A stretch of 64,000 nucleotides of DNA, taken from an uncultured Verrucomicrobiae bacterium. GTDB taxonomy: Bacteria > Verrucomicrobiota > Verrucomicrobiia > Chthoniobacterales > UBA10450. A model generated the notes under the pieces. It had not been told where the DNA came from, searched no databases, and was given only the letters and a program-made list of their open reading frames with translations. Of the stretch, positions 54,486 to 64,000 are shown piece after piece. The stretch's first letter is position 1. Every line of letters begins with the position of its first letter. The position numbers and the translations under genes were made by a program. The stretch spans positions 576,001-640,000 of the forward strand of contig CAWDGJ010000003.1 of the NCBI GenBank assembly GCA_963801815.1, written 5' to 3'.

Positions 54486-55190
54486 TTATTTCTGGGCGCT
54501 CGGCGGCGATTCGGCCGGCGTTGGATTTGTAAAAACAAGGCGAATCGGCTGCCGCGCGTGGATTCGTTTGCTAAGCTGATTTTGCAATTCCTGCTCGGCA
54601 TCACCCGGCAAACCAATCTCGACTGCCTGCTTTCGCGCCATCTCCGGCAGCTGGACGAGTTCATTCTGCAAATCAGCGCCGGAAATGTGGTTCCAGAGGC
54701 CGTTTTCCAGGGCCAGCACGTCGACGCCCCGTTCCTCGACGCCGACGATCTCGGCATGCGGCAGCTGGATAATGATTTCGTCCGGACGAACTTCGACGCT
54801 CACGTCTTGCCGCAGATCAAAGCCGGCCTTGGCCACAAAGGTGCCGCTCAACTTGATCCGCTTCGAGCTGCCTGCCCAGGTATGGGCGAATTCGCGTTTC
54901 ACTTTTAATTGCTTGGTGAGCGTGGTGAGCTCAGCCGTCGGCGAGGCAGTTGGGTCCACCACCGTCTTATTGTTGATCGTGATACGCGGCTGCAAATTCG
55001 CGATGTCGACAAAGGCGGAACGCAAATCTTTTCCGAGCCGTTCAAGATCTTCGGTCCCCTGACCAATGGTGCGGGCCGGCCAGCTTTCCAGGCGCAAGAA
55101 AACAACAACGCCTGCGGCAACTACGACCAAGGCAACAATCGTAAGCGCCGCCGGCCAGGAAAATCTACCGGACGTTTCGGAGTTCGACAT
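54486..55190 (-). CDS. DUF4230-like membrane-anchored protein
   Basis: Single TM; AKAGFDL...IQLPHAEI motif. Confidence 0.65.
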   Translation of the reverse strand: MSNSETSGRFSWPAALTIVALVVVAAGVVVFLRLESWPARTIGQGTEDLERLGKDLRSAFVDIANLQPRITINNKTVVDPTASPTAELTTLTKQLKVKREFAHTWAGSSKRIKLSGTFVAKAGFDLRQDVSVEVRPDEIIIQLPHAEIVGVEERGVDVLALENGLWNHISGADLQNELVQLPEMARKQAVEIGLPGDAEQELQNQLSKRIHARQPIRLVFTNPTPAESPPSAQK

Positions 55191-55249
55191 TGGTGCGAGC
55201 CGCACGGGTATAGTTGGATGTTAAGAATTCGACGTTTTCTTCAATCCCC

Positions 55250-55291
55250 AAAAAAGTACCGCCCCCCACGCCCGATGGGCGTGAAGGGCGG
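55250..55291 (-). terminator. Rho-independent terminator
   Basis: 15-bp GC-rich stem that pairs fully (with G-U) only on the minus strand, followed by T6. Confidence 0.65.
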
Positions 55292-55364
55292 CTGTTCCCC
55301 CCAGAACAATTTTTAAAGCTGTGGTGCTAGTAGCCGAGCTTATGCAATGCCGCAACAAAAATTT
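55250..55364 (-). ncRNA. Candidate small RNA or attenuator leader
   Basis: Minus-strand TTGCGT-N18-CATAAT upstream; hairpin with G-rich loop; intrinsic terminator at the 3' end; no ORF seen. Confidence 0.4.
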
Positions 55365-55511
55365 CTATAAATTATGAGCATTGTTTGGCTTCAGACGCAA
55401 GTGACACATTCCGGACCGGTTAAATATCGCCAAAGCTCCTCCCTGGGGAAGATGTCCAGTCACCCGTCGGGTGACACTTGCGGAACCAGATGATGCGCGT
55501 TCTAATTTAAT

Positions 55512-56075
55512 ATGCGCGATTTGGGTTCGAAAAAGCCGCACAGTCTCGCGGGCTCTTTGCTGGTAGCGCATCCAAGCATGCTTGATCCAAATTTTCGCCG
55601 AGCCGTGTTGTTTATTTCTGCACACGATCCCGACGATGGCGCGATTGGCGTCATCATCAATCGGCCGTTGGATAAAAGTGTTTCAGATCTCGTGACCGAG
55701 ACGCCGCCGCAAAATCTGGCGGACGTTCCGGTTTTTTTTGGCGGGCCGGTCGGGAACAACCAATTAATGCTGGCGGCTTTTGAGTGGCACAAAGGCGACG
55801 GTCTAAAATTGAATCACCAGGCGACGAATGTCCTCGAAGCCGTTCCTGGCGCATCTGGAGATGGGCAGGGCATCCGAGCATTTCTGGGTTATGCCGGATG
55901 GAGCGCGGGCCAGCTCGAAGCCGAGATGAAACAACAAGCGTGGATCGTGCAAAAACCAAGTCGCGCGGCTTTGAAATTCGAGCGGCTGTCGCGGCTGTGG
56001 TTCGACATCATGAACAAACTCGGCCCGTGGTATCGCATGCTTGCGGCCGCGCCCGACGATCCGTCACTTAACTAG
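55512..56075 (+). CDS. YqgE/AlgH family protein
   Basis: LDPNFRRAV, GVIINRP, FGGPV, GYAGWSAGQLEAE. Confidence 0.9.
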   Translation: MRDLGSKKPHSLAGSLLVAHPSMLDPNFRRAVLFISAHDPDDGAIGVIINRPLDKSVSDLVTETPPQNLADVPVFFGGPVGNNQLMLAAFEWHKGDGLKLNHQATNVLEAVPGASGDGQGIRAFLGYAGWSAGQLEAEMKQQAWIVQKPSRAALKFERLSRLWFDIMNKLGPWYRMLAAAPDDPSLN

Positions 56076-56148
56076 TGACGAGTGACGAGAAAAAAGACTC
56101 GCCATCTTGCATTTTTGACTTGTCACCTGTCACTCGTCACTAGTCACT
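56073..56148. repeat. Heptamer-based inverted repeat
   Basis: tagtgacgagtgacgag ... ttgtcacctgtcactcgtcactagtcact. Confidence 0.65.
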
Positions 56149-56154
56149 GTCTTC

Positions 56155-57252
56155 ATGATCATCGGCGTTCCCAAAGAAATTAAGGAACAGGAGCAGCGCG
56201 TCGCGTTGCTGCCGTCGGCGGCGGACCAACTGAAACGGCGCGGCCATTCGGTGGTGGTGCAAAAGAACGCGGGCGTCGGTTCCGGTTACTCGGATGACGA
56301 ATACAAAAAGGCCGACGCCGAGATCGTCGATTCCGCTGACGAGGTTTTTAAACGTGGAGAGCTGATCGTAAAAGTGAAGGAACCATTGCCAGCGGAGTTT
56401 CCGCTTTTGCGCAAGAACCAGATTCTTTTCACTTATCTTCACCTCGCGGCGAGCAAACCACTGACCGAAGCGTTGCTCAAATCGGGCGTCATTGGGATTG
56501 CTTACGAAACGATCCAGGTGAACGGCCGTCTGCCATTGCTCGAGCCGATGAGCGAGGTCGCCGGAAGAATGTCGGTGATGATGGGTGCGAGCTATCTCGC
56601 GAAACATTTCGGCGGCAGCGGCGTGTTGCTGGGCGGCGTGCCGGGCGTGCTGCCGGGGCGCGTTGTCGTGCTTGGCGGCGGAACCGCGGGCGTGAATGCG
56701 CTTCGGATGGCGCGAGGGCTTGAAGCGGACGTGACGATTCTCGACATCGACGTCGAGCGATTGCGCTTTCTCGACCTCGTGATGGACAACGTGCGCACTC
56801 AATTTTCTAACGAAGCAAACCTGTCCGATCTCATTCCCGATTGCGATCTTCTGATCGGCGCGGTGTTATTGCCGGGAGCGAAAGCGCCAAAGCTGATCAC
56901 GCGCGCGATGTTGCGGAAAATGAAACGCGGCAGCGTGTTCGTAGACATTGCAATCGACCAGGGCGGTTGCGCGGAGACTTCGCGACCGACCACGCACATC
57001 AATCCCGTTTACGTCGAAGAAGGTGTGACCCACTATTGCGTTGCCAACATGCCGGCGGCCTACGCACGGACTTCGACGCAGGCGCTCACGAATGTGACTT
57101 ATGGTTATATCCAATTGCTGGCTGACTGCGGGGCAAAAGAAGCGTGTTTGAAACAGCCGGCGCTTGCCGGTGGCATCAACACCCTCAATGGCAAGCTGAC
57201 CTGCCAGGCCGTTGCCGACGCCCACGGTTTGAAATACGAACCGCCGTTTTAA
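56155..57252 (+). CDS. ald: Alanine dehydrogenase
   Basis: IGVPKEIK, KVKEP, FTYLHLA, PMSEVAGR, DIAIDQGGC, HYCVANMP. Confidence 0.95.
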   Translation: MIIGVPKEIKEQEQRVALLPSAADQLKRRGHSVVVQKNAGVGSGYSDDEYKKADAEIVDSADEVFKRGELIVKVKEPLPAEFPLLRKNQILFTYLHLAASKPLTEALLKSGVIGIAYETIQVNGRLPLLEPMSEVAGRMSVMMGASYLAKHFGGSGVLLGGVPGVLPGRVVVLGGGTAGVNALRMARGLEADVTILDIDVERLRFLDLVMDNVRTQFSNEANLSDLIPDCDLLIGAVLLPGAKAPKLITRAMLRKMKRGSVFVDIAIDQGGCAETSRPTTHINPVYVEEGVTHYCVANMPAAYARTSTQALTNVTYGYIQLLADCGAKEACLKQPALAGGINTLNGKLTCQAVADAHGLKYEPPF

Positions 57253-57314
57253 GGTAATTGTCACAACCGCGGAGCGCGCTTGCTCCGAATCATGGTTAAC
57301 CGAGATTGGTGCTT

Positions 57315-57500
57315 ATGAAGAAATACATCTGCATTCTTGCCGGCGCCGCCTTGCTCGCGGCTTGCGAACAAAAAACTGAAACCGCCGCGCCCGCGTCGAG
57401 CCCGGCGAGTTCACCGGAAGCCACTACGGCGGTGGATACAAGCACGCCACCAACAGCAACGGATGCTGGTCCGCTCGCAACCCCCACACCGACGCCTTAA
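57315..57500 (+). CDS. Small S/T/P/A-rich lipoprotein
   Basis: MKKYICILAGAALLAA|CEQK...PTPTP. Confidence 0.75.
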   Translation: MKKYICILAGAALLAACEQKTETAAPASSPASSPEATTAVDTSTPPTATDAGPLATPTPTP

Positions 57501-57532
57501 ATAATTACGGCGCGCGGCCGTCAAAGCCTTAC

Positions 57533-57718
57533 ATGAAGAAATACATCTGCCTTTTAATGGGGGCCGCGCTGCTCGCAGCTTGTGAGCAAAAGGAAACGAC
57601 GGTCACGAATCCGCCGGTTGAAAAGAAGGACACCACAATTATCAAGGAATCGCCGGCGCCAGTTACCAAGACCGAAACCAAGACGGAGATTAACGTGCAC
57701 ACGTCGCCTTCTCCCTAA
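57533..57718 (+). CDS. Small T/P/K-rich lipoprotein, tandem paralog
   Basis: MKKYICLLMGAALLAA|CEQK...SPSP. Confidence 0.75.
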   Translation: MKKYICLLMGAALLAACEQKETTVTNPPVEKKDTTIIKESPAPVTKTETKTEINVHTSPSP

Positions 57719-57877
57719 CTCGGAGAAGTTTGAGCGTTCGCAAAGTCTTTCGTTCGCATCAGCGGGCGAAAGACTTTTGCTGTACGCGCATTGTAGTATC
57801 GACGCGCAAATAAGGTAGGGGCGATTCACCGAACCTACCTGATTGGCTACGCCGCTGTGTCCTGTTAGTAAAGCAGC

Positions 57878-58240
57878 ATCAACTCAAACAATCGTTTCGC
57901 ATTTCCGAAGAGTCGGCGGCTTACTCATTCCGTCGACTTCGAGTACATCAAAAAGCACGGTCGCATCGAACGCGGTCGCTTGCTGGTGCTAAGTTTCGTC
58001 TTTCATGAGGGAAACACCTTGCGAGCAGGATTTGTAACCTCTCGCACAATTGGTCGCGCGGTTGTCCGTAACCAGGTCCGGCGTCGTCTGCGCGAGATCG
58101 TGCGCAAATATCAGCACCAAATCACTGACGGGACCTGGATCGTAACCATCGCGCGTTCGAGCGCGGCGGCTGCGACTTATGGGCAGTTGGAAGGTGAGTG
58201 GTTGCGTCTGGCCAGACGCGCTTCTATTCTAAACGCTTAA
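57878..58240 (+). CDS. rnpA: Ribonuclease P protein component (start codon unclear)
   Basis: FPKSRRL...[23 protein letters not shown]; frame is open from 57872 but has no ATG/GTG/TTG before 57980. Confidence 0.85.
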   Translation: MNSNNRFAFPKSRRLTHSVDFEYIKKHGRIERGRLLVLSFVFHEGNTLRAGFVTSRTIGRAVVRNQVRRRLREIVRKYQHQITDGTWIVTIARSSAAAATYGQLEGEWLRLARRASILNA

Positions 58241-58545
58241 TGCGCGGACTCATTCGCATTTGTATTAGGGCATATCAATTGACGATTTCGCCGTTACTGG
58301 TCGCGATCGGCGGGCCCGGCTCTGGATGCCGATTTCAGCCGACTTGTTCGGAATACTTTTTGCAGGCCATCGAATTGCACGGGACCGTGCGCGGATTTTT
58401 TTTGGGACTAAAACGAATCGCCCGATGTCATCCCTGGGGCGGCTCCGGTGAAGATCCTGTTCCTCGACATGTCGATCTTACCTGCCGTGCCGCCGGTCCG
58501 AGCCGGACTGGCATTTTGCGAAGACGAGCCAGGCGTTGCGCGTGA
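58240..58545 (+). CDS. yidD: Membrane protein insertion efficiency factor
   Basis: [25 protein letters not shown]. Confidence 0.9.
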   Translation: MRGLIRICIRAYQLTISPLLVAIGGPGSGCRFQPTCSEYFLQAIELHGTVRGFFLGLKRIARCHPWGGSGEDPVPRHVDLTCRAAGPSRTGILRRRARRCA

Positions 58546-58566
58546 TTCGAAGTCGCCAGGAATTTT

Positions 58567-60261
58567 ATGGATCGAACCGCGTGGATTGTCGTTACACTTT
58601 GCGTCATTGGATTGGTAGGGTGGGAGTGGTGGACTATCAAAAATGCCCCACCACGGCCGGTTGCGGTCGCCTCTCCAACTCCGGCGCCGGCGATTAACGC
58701 CAGCGCGACGCCGTCTTCGCCCGCGTCGGTCGTTCCTATCGCTACTCCCGCAACCGAAGCGGCTCCCGCATTCACAGAGAAAACGGAAGTGGTCCGGAAC
58801 GATGACGTTGAGCTGCACCTGACAAATCGCGGCGGCGGGATCAGCGAAGCCGTGTTGTTGAATCAACTCGGTCAGGGCGATCAACGCGTCGTTCTCAATT
58901 CGAAAGATCAAACACCAATCGGCGCAATCATCGATCAGCCGGCGTCGCCGAAGTTGGAAGAGTTCACCCTGGTTCGCGAGCCAGATGGCGGAGTCAGGTG
59001 TGAACGAAACGCAAACAACATCGCGATTCGAAAAAAGTTCTTCTTCCCGCCGAGCAAGGAGAAGAAAGACAACTTTCTTGCCGAGATGGATGTCGACGTT
59101 GCGAACGGCGGCCCGCAACCGTACTCGAACCCCGGCTATTTTGTCGCGCTTGGGGCTGCCGCGCCTATTCATCCCAAGGACTACTCATATTATACGCGGC
59201 TCGTTTGGTGCATCGATGGCAAGGCAAAAGGGGTCGACGTGAATTGGTTCGGCGGCGGCGGCGGTTTGTTTGGAATCGGCTCGCATGCTCCGCAGCCGTT
59301 CTATCAGCAAGATCTCGCCAATCCCGAATGGGCGGCGGTGAGCGATCAGTTTTTCACGACATTGATCGCGCCGTTGACCGCGAAAGGGAACGGAGTTTGG
59401 GGCCATCGTTTCGATATTTCGCCGGAACAAAAAATGTTTGGAATCGCCGGGGCGCTGCGAATGCCAGGTTTCCAACTACCACCGGGCCAGACTTATAGCG
59501 CGCGCTTCGAAATTTGGGCCGGACCGAAAATTTACCATCGTCTCGCTCGTCTCGACCACAACCAGGCCGAGATCATGGACTTTGGAATTTTCAAGATCGT
59601 GAGCCAGTTCTTGCTCAACTTCCTCAACTGGCTGCACGGTTTTCTCGGTTCCTACGGCTGGTCGATTCTCGCGCTCACCGCCGTCGTGAAAATTGTGCTG
59701 TGGCCGCTGCAGGGCAAGGCGAACAAGTCGATGCGCCGCATGTCGCTGCTCAATCCGAAAGTCCAGGAGTTGCGCGAAAAATACAAAGACGACCCGACGC
59801 GGATGAACCAGGAGGTGATGAAGCTGTACAAGGATTACGGAATCAACCCCGTCGGCGGCTGTTTGCCGATGATGATTCAAATCCCAATCTTCTTCGGATT
59901 GTTTAAAATGCTCGGCCAGGCCGTTGAACTCCGGAATTCGGCATTCCTTTGGGTGAAAGACTTGTCGCAACCGGACACGGTGGCGCATCTGTTCGGCGTG
60001 CCGATCAACGTGATCCCGCTGTGTATGGCCGCGACCCAAATCTGGTTGATGGCAATGACTCCAAAGACGGGAGACCCAACCCAACGCCGGGTGATGATGT
60101 TCACGCCGCTGATCTTTTTGTTTATCTGCTACAATTTTGCCGCGGCTCTGGCATTGTATTACACCACACAGAATCTTTTTAGTATCGTGCAATTCTATTA
60201 CAACAAACGACAACCGATACCGACGCTCGAGAAAGTCGCGCCGCCCGGGAAACGCAAGTGA
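58567..60261 (+). CDS. yidC: Membrane protein insertase
   Basis: GWSIL...WPL, GINPVGGCLPMMIQIPIF, FLWVKDLS. Confidence 0.95.
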   Translation: MDRTAWIVVTLCVIGLVGWEWWTIKNAPPRPVAVASPTPAPAINASATPSSPASVVPIATPATEAAPAFTEKTEVVRNDDVELHLTNRGGGISEAVLLNQLGQGDQRVVLNSKDQTPIGAIIDQPASPKLEEFTLVREPDGGVRCERNANNIAIRKKFFFPPSKEKKDNFLAEMDVDVANGGPQPYSNPGYFVALGAAAPIHPKDYSYYTRLVWCIDGKAKGVDVNWFGGGGGLFGIGSHAPQPFYQQDLANPEWAAVSDQFFTTLIAPLTAKGNGVWGHRFDISPEQKMFGIAGALRMPGFQLPPGQTYSARFEIWAGPKIYHRLARLDHNQAEIMDFGIFKIVSQFLLNFLNWLHGFLGSYGWSILALTAVVKIVLWPLQGKANKSMRRMSLLNPKVQELREKYKDDPTRMNQEVMKLYKDYGINPVGGCLPMMIQIPIFFGLFKMLGQAVELRNSAFLWVKDLSQPDTVAHLFGVPINVIPLCMAATQIWLMAMTPKTGDPTQRRVMMFTPLIFLFICYNFAAALALYYTTQNLFSIVQFYYNKRQPIPTLEKVAPPGKRK

Positions 60262-60749
60262 TGACGCCGAAAGAATTACTCGACACCATCCTCGGCTATC
60301 TCGGCTTTGTCGTGGAGATCGAAGAATCGCAAAACGAGGCCGGCAACCAGGTCCTGCAAATTTACAGCGAGGAAAGTCGGCGGCTGATTGGCCGGGACGG
60401 CGAAACGCTCGAAGCGATCCAGTTTTTGTTGAACCGGCTGCTTCAGGCGAAAAACAAGGACGCGCCGAAAGTAGTGGTCGATTGTGAAATGTACCGCTCG
60501 ATGCGCGAAGACCGCATCGTGCAACGAGTGCGCAATTTGGCGGAACGGGTCCGCGCTACCGGAAAATCACTTCAGCTCGAGCCGATGAATTCTTATGAGC
60601 GCCGCATCGTGCACAATGCATTTAAGGACGACCCGGACATTGCGACCTGGAGCCCGTCCGATTCTGCACGCATCAAACAGATCACCTTGCTGAAGCGCCA
60701 TCCGAAAAACGAAAACACGCAGAAAGAACCCGCGCAAAAGGAGGTGTAG
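60258..60749 (+). CDS. jag: Jag/KhpB-like KH-R3H RNA-binding protein
   Basis: LIGRDGETLEAIQ, LEPMNSYERRIVH; located after yidC. Confidence 0.85.
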   Translation: MMTPKELLDTILGYLGFVVEIEESQNEAGNQVLQIYSEESRRLIGRDGETLEAIQFLLNRLLQAKNKDAPKVVVDCEMYRSMREDRIVQRVRNLAERVRATGKSLQLEPMNSYERRIVHNAFKDDPDIATWSPSDSARIKQITLLKRHPKNENTQKEPAQKEV

Positions 60750-60801
60750 CCACGGCCCTGTGGGCCGTTGATTTGGGACGTGCCGCAGGCACGTGGCTAC
60801 A
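60745..60801. repeat. GTAG-type REP-like element
   Basis: tgtagccacggccctgtgggccg...gtggctaca; supplies the jag stop codon. Confidence 0.7.
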
Positions 60802-60805
60802 ATTA

Positions 60806-61972
60806 TCAACCGCCGAATCGCGCAGCTTCTTTGGTGACGCCGGACTTCACTTCCGGACGCCAGCGAAATTTTTTCAGAATCGGATTTGGTTTCGCTTCGA
60901 CTGCGTCCGCGATGATTTCTCCCAGGACCGGCGCGAACTTAAACCCATGCCCACAATCTCCTGTGGCAATAATCAGGTTCGGACGTTTCGGATCTGGAGC
61001 GATCCAGAAATCGCCATCGTTCGTGTCGCAATACATGCAGATCCGGGTGTGGACGATTGGCGCGTCAGCGAGCGACGGAATGGTCGATCTCAAAAACGCG
61101 CTCAATTCACTTTCTTCCTCGCCAGTCATTACGCGCTCGCTGGAGTCGGGCGACATTTCGCGACCAGCCCCGTGGTTCGCGATCTTCACAACGCCCCGGT
61201 TCAGTGGGAATCCGTAATAGCCCGTCGTTGAAATGTCCGCGCCGAAAAATGGAAAGCGTTCCGGCAGAAAGAGCTCTGGCTCAGCCGGCTTTAAATGAAA
61301 AACCGGATGTCCGGTCGCGCGGAGAAATGTTTTTGTGGACGGCAATAAGTATGGCGTCCATGCACCCGCCGCGATCACAACCGCGTCGCCGTCGATGCGA
61401 TTTCCATCTTCGAGCAGAACTCCTTCGACAGAATTGTTGCCTTCGTCGCACCCGGTAACCTTCGCGTTCTCGCGCAATTCGATGCCTAACGATTTAGCGT
61501 AATCAACTAACGTCGCGACGACGTGGCCGCTTTCCGCGTAACCTGCTTCGGGATCAAAAAATCCGTCGTGAAATCGCTCGGGAGCAAATGCCGGAAAGCG
61601 TTGATGGAATTTTGTCGAATCGAACCGATCGAATCGATGTCCGTGTTTTTCAAAAACGCGCGCGCTCTCATACTCAAAATCGCCGGCACGCATCGGCTGA
61701 CGGCAAATGAACAGCACGCCGGTCTCGTGATAGAGCTCGGTCCCGAATTTTTTGTTCCATTCCCGCCAAACTGGAATGCTGCGCTCGGCCAGCGTTGTGT
61801 AGTCCTCGTCCGGTCCGTAAGCAGCGCGGACGGCTTTACTGATGTCGGTCGAAGCGGCGAGCGGATGGGGCAGGGGACCGGGGTCGACGAGGACAACTTT
61901 GTGCCCGCGATTTTTTAACTCGATCGCGGAAGTAACCCCGTTAATCCCTGCACCGACAACGATTATCTTCAA
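60806..61972 (-). CDS. FAD-dependent amine oxidase (sarcosine oxidase / fructosyl-amino acid oxidase-like)
   Basis: VVGAGING, AASTDISK, AAGAW, GHGFKFAPVLG. Confidence 0.8.
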   Translation of the reverse strand: MKIIVVGAGINGVTSAIELKNRGHKVVLVDPGPLPHPLAASTDISKAVRAAYGPDEDYTTLAERSIPVWREWNKKFGTELYHETGVLFICRQPMRAGDFEYESARVFEKHGHRFDRFDSTKFHQRFPAFAPERFHDGFFDPEAGYAESGHVVATLVDYAKSLGIELRENAKVTGCDEGNNSVEGVLLEDGNRIDGDAVVIAAGAWTPYLLPSTKTFLRATGHPVFHLKPAEPELFLPERFPFFGADISTTGYYGFPLNRGVVKIANHGAGREMSPDSSERVMTGEEESELSAFLRSTIPSLADAPIVHTRICMYCDTNDGDFWIAPDPKRPNLIIATGDCGHGFKFAPVLGEIIADAVEAKPNPILKKFRWRPEVKSGVTKEAARFGG

Positions 61973-63690
61973 CGATCAGTCGCGAGATGGTTGGAGTTTA
62001 CGGTCTCCGCGGCCGCCGTCCGATACTGCCGAATGCGCTTCAATTCCTCGCGCGGAGCGTCCGATTTGGCAGTTTGTGTGGCCAATTTCGTATAACATTC
62101 CTGCGCGCGTGCTTTATCGCCCGTTTGTTCCGCGGCCAGCGCCGCACCGTACAACCCTCGGAATCGACCGGGATAAATTTTGAGGGCTGCTTGAAATGCT
62201 TCCGCCGCTTCCGCCGGCCGGCCGCGTTCCAACAAGAGATCCCCGAGTTGCTCGCGGATCGGAACAAGCGCCCCGGGCGACACAGGATGTTTACCAAGAA
62301 TGTCTTCCGAATCGGCGGCGTGACGCAGCATCTCAATCGCTTCGTCTTTCTTGCCTTCAGCGCAGGCGATCCAAGCCGAGGCGGCCTGGGTTTGCAATTC
62401 CAGGTGCCGCTTAAAGTAATCGAACTTTGCTTCCTTTGTGGCGTCGCGGAGTTGCTGCATCCGCGCAATTGCCTTGCGCGCGCCATCCAAATCGCCCGTG
62501 TGCGCACGACCGAGCGCGTGAGCGTATTCAATCAACGCTTCCATGAATGGAAATGATGCCCAATGGGGAACTTTCGGAATCTCTAATGCCGCCGCGCTGC
62601 GCCAATCGTTGCGTTCCAATGCGTAACGTGAAGGAATTGCCGCGAGCGCGTATGCCGCACTGAATTCCATTTCCGGGTTTGTCTTTCGAACCTTTGCTGC
62701 CAAATCGACAATTTCCTTGGCTTTGGCATCCTCCGCCTTCTGCAGATAGGAGTAGGCCAGGTAGTCGAGTGCGTGTAATTCTTCCGCCTCCGTGGCATCA
62801 CGGTGGCGCATTGTCGCGTAACTGCGCGACGCTTCAGCCGAAGATCGATTTGAAGCGATGGACTCGTCCCACATTCCTAAACGCGTGAAAATGTGTGAGG
62901 GCATGTGCAGCGCGTGCGGGACCCAGGGAGCGATAGACCCATATGCACGGGCGGCGTTTAAACCGCGTTCGGCGAGCGCCGGAAAGTCGTAACAGTGGAT
63001 CAAGTAATGAACGACGCCCGGATGATTCGGGTTCTCCTTCCACAACTTCTCGAGCAACGCTGCGGCTTCCAATTGTTTGGACAAAGTCGTGTCGGTGGGC
63101 GTTGCGTAACCGACCGCCAGTACGGCGAAAGCGTAAAACGTCTCAACTTCGAAGTCGTTCGGATATTTTTCGTAGAGTTGTCTCATCGCTTTTTCGTAGG
63201 CGACGACGCGGTCTCGCGGCCCAACCGGACCGTGACACGATTGTCCAACTTGAGACGACACGGAGCTGTCCGCGGTGTTGTAATACACGTTCAAGGCGTT
63301 GATAAATCTCTGTTCGCGATCCGTTTTCGCTCCGATTTTCATCGCCTGTTCAATCGCGGCTTTGCCCGCCCTCATTTCGTCGGGATTCGGCGGCGTCCAG
63401 ATTGGATGCCACCAAGTCATTGCGATTCCCCACTGCGCCATCGCGCATTTAGGGTCTTGCTCGGCGACAGAAGTAAAAGCGCGTCGGGCTTCTTCGTAAA
63501 AAAACGAGTGGAGAAGTGCGATACCCCGAGTGAACTCCGGTTGCGCTGTTGTTGCGCAGGTCACTGGGAAATCGACTTTGCCGGCTCCGCGCAAGTCCCC
63601 AGGGGTAGGAACCGATGCGCTTTGAACAATGCCAACACTAATTATGAATAGCGCAATGATTACTCGGGCCGCACGCGATCGAAGCACCAC
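61969..63690 (-). CDS. Exported TPR-like helical protein
   Basis: Signal peptide; HPGVVHYLIH, PHALHMPSHIF, HALDYL. Confidence 0.7.
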   Translation of the reverse strand: MVLRSRAARVIIALFIISVGIVQSASVPTPGDLRGAGKVDFPVTCATTAQPEFTRGIALLHSFFYEEARRAFTSVAEQDPKCAMAQWGIAMTWWHPIWTPPNPDEMRAGKAAIEQAMKIGAKTDREQRFINALNVYYNTADSSVSSQVGQSCHGPVGPRDRVVAYEKAMRQLYEKYPNDFEVETFYAFAVLAVGYATPTDTTLSKQLEAAALLEKLWKENPNHPGVVHYLIHCYDFPALAERGLNAARAYGSIAPWVPHALHMPSHIFTRLGMWDESIASNRSSAEASRSYATMRHRDATEAEELHALDYLAYSYLQKAEDAKAKEIVDLAAKVRKTNPEMEFSAAYALAAIPSRYALERNDWRSAAALEIPKVPHWASFPFMEALIEYAHALGRAHTGDLDGARKAIARMQQLRDATKEAKFDYFKRHLELQTQAASAWIACAEGKKDEAIEMLRHAADSEDILGKHPVSPGALVPIREQLGDLLLERGRPAEAAEAFQAALKIYPGRFRGLYGAALAAEQTGDKARAQECYTKLATQTAKSDAPREELKRIRQYRTAAAETVNSNHLATDR

Positions 63691-63710
63691 TTAAAATCTC
63701 ACGCCTGCGG

Positions 63711-64000
63711 TTAGTCGGCAAACCGGAAAACAATCTTGCCGCTACGCTTGCTCCGCATCGCGTGGGCAACGGCGTCTTTTGCCTCATCGATCGAATACGT
63801 CTTCTCGATCTTCATTTTCAATAAACCGCGTTTGGCCATGTCGAAGAGCGGATTAAAAGCCGCCATCCGCTCTGCCATCGTCGCATTGTCATACCAATGG
63901 TTGATCCAGATTCCGCGAAAGCGGAGGTCTTTAAAAATCAGAAGCCCGGTCGGAATCTTCAGTGGCTGCAAACTCATCGCGCCAAAGCTGACCAGCGTTC
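63711..64000 (-). CDS. MDR-family NADPH oxidoreductase (2-enoyl thioester reductase-like), 3' part only
   Basis: LVSFGAMSLQP...LLIFKDLRFRGIW...GKIVF; runs off the window edge. Confidence 0.65.
   Translation of the reverse strand, partial: TLVSFGAMSLQPLKIPTGLLIFKDLRFRGIWINHWYDNATMAERMAAFNPLFDMAKRGLLKMKIEKTYSIDEAKDAVAHAMRSKRSGKIVFRFAD

Overview
GC-rich bacterial chromosomal segment. The gene repertoire and repeat style suggest a soil Verrucomicrobiota/Chthoniobacterales-like genome (inference only). It carries housekeeping genes (gyrB-gyrA, dnaE, glnB-glnA, hemL, rluD, psd-pssA, ald, rnpA-yidD-yidC-jag, tRNA-Cys). Accessory loci include two tandem TMTC-like GT-C/TPR glycosyltransferases, an egtB-egtD ergothioneine operon co-transcribed with a betaine-type ABC importer, a type II secretion/pseudopilin cluster without gspD/gspE, and a GH2-like/GT2 fusion. 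An FTR1 permease, outer-membrane barrel and cytochrome c module shares an upstream motif. Many conserved genes (hemL, gyrA, gyrB, glnA, dnaE, gspK/L/M) are broken by single-base indels, most likely sequencing or consensus errors. Signals not in the ORF track are ~140-bp tRNA-linked tandem repeats, a sigma54-type promoter before a 55-aa secreted Pro-rich peptide, a Thr-rich 53-aa lipoprotein, a candidate ~115-nt sRNA, and several palindromic repeat families, some inside reading frames. No CRISPR array, transposase, integrase or rRNA was seen. All family assignments come from motif recognition, not database searches.
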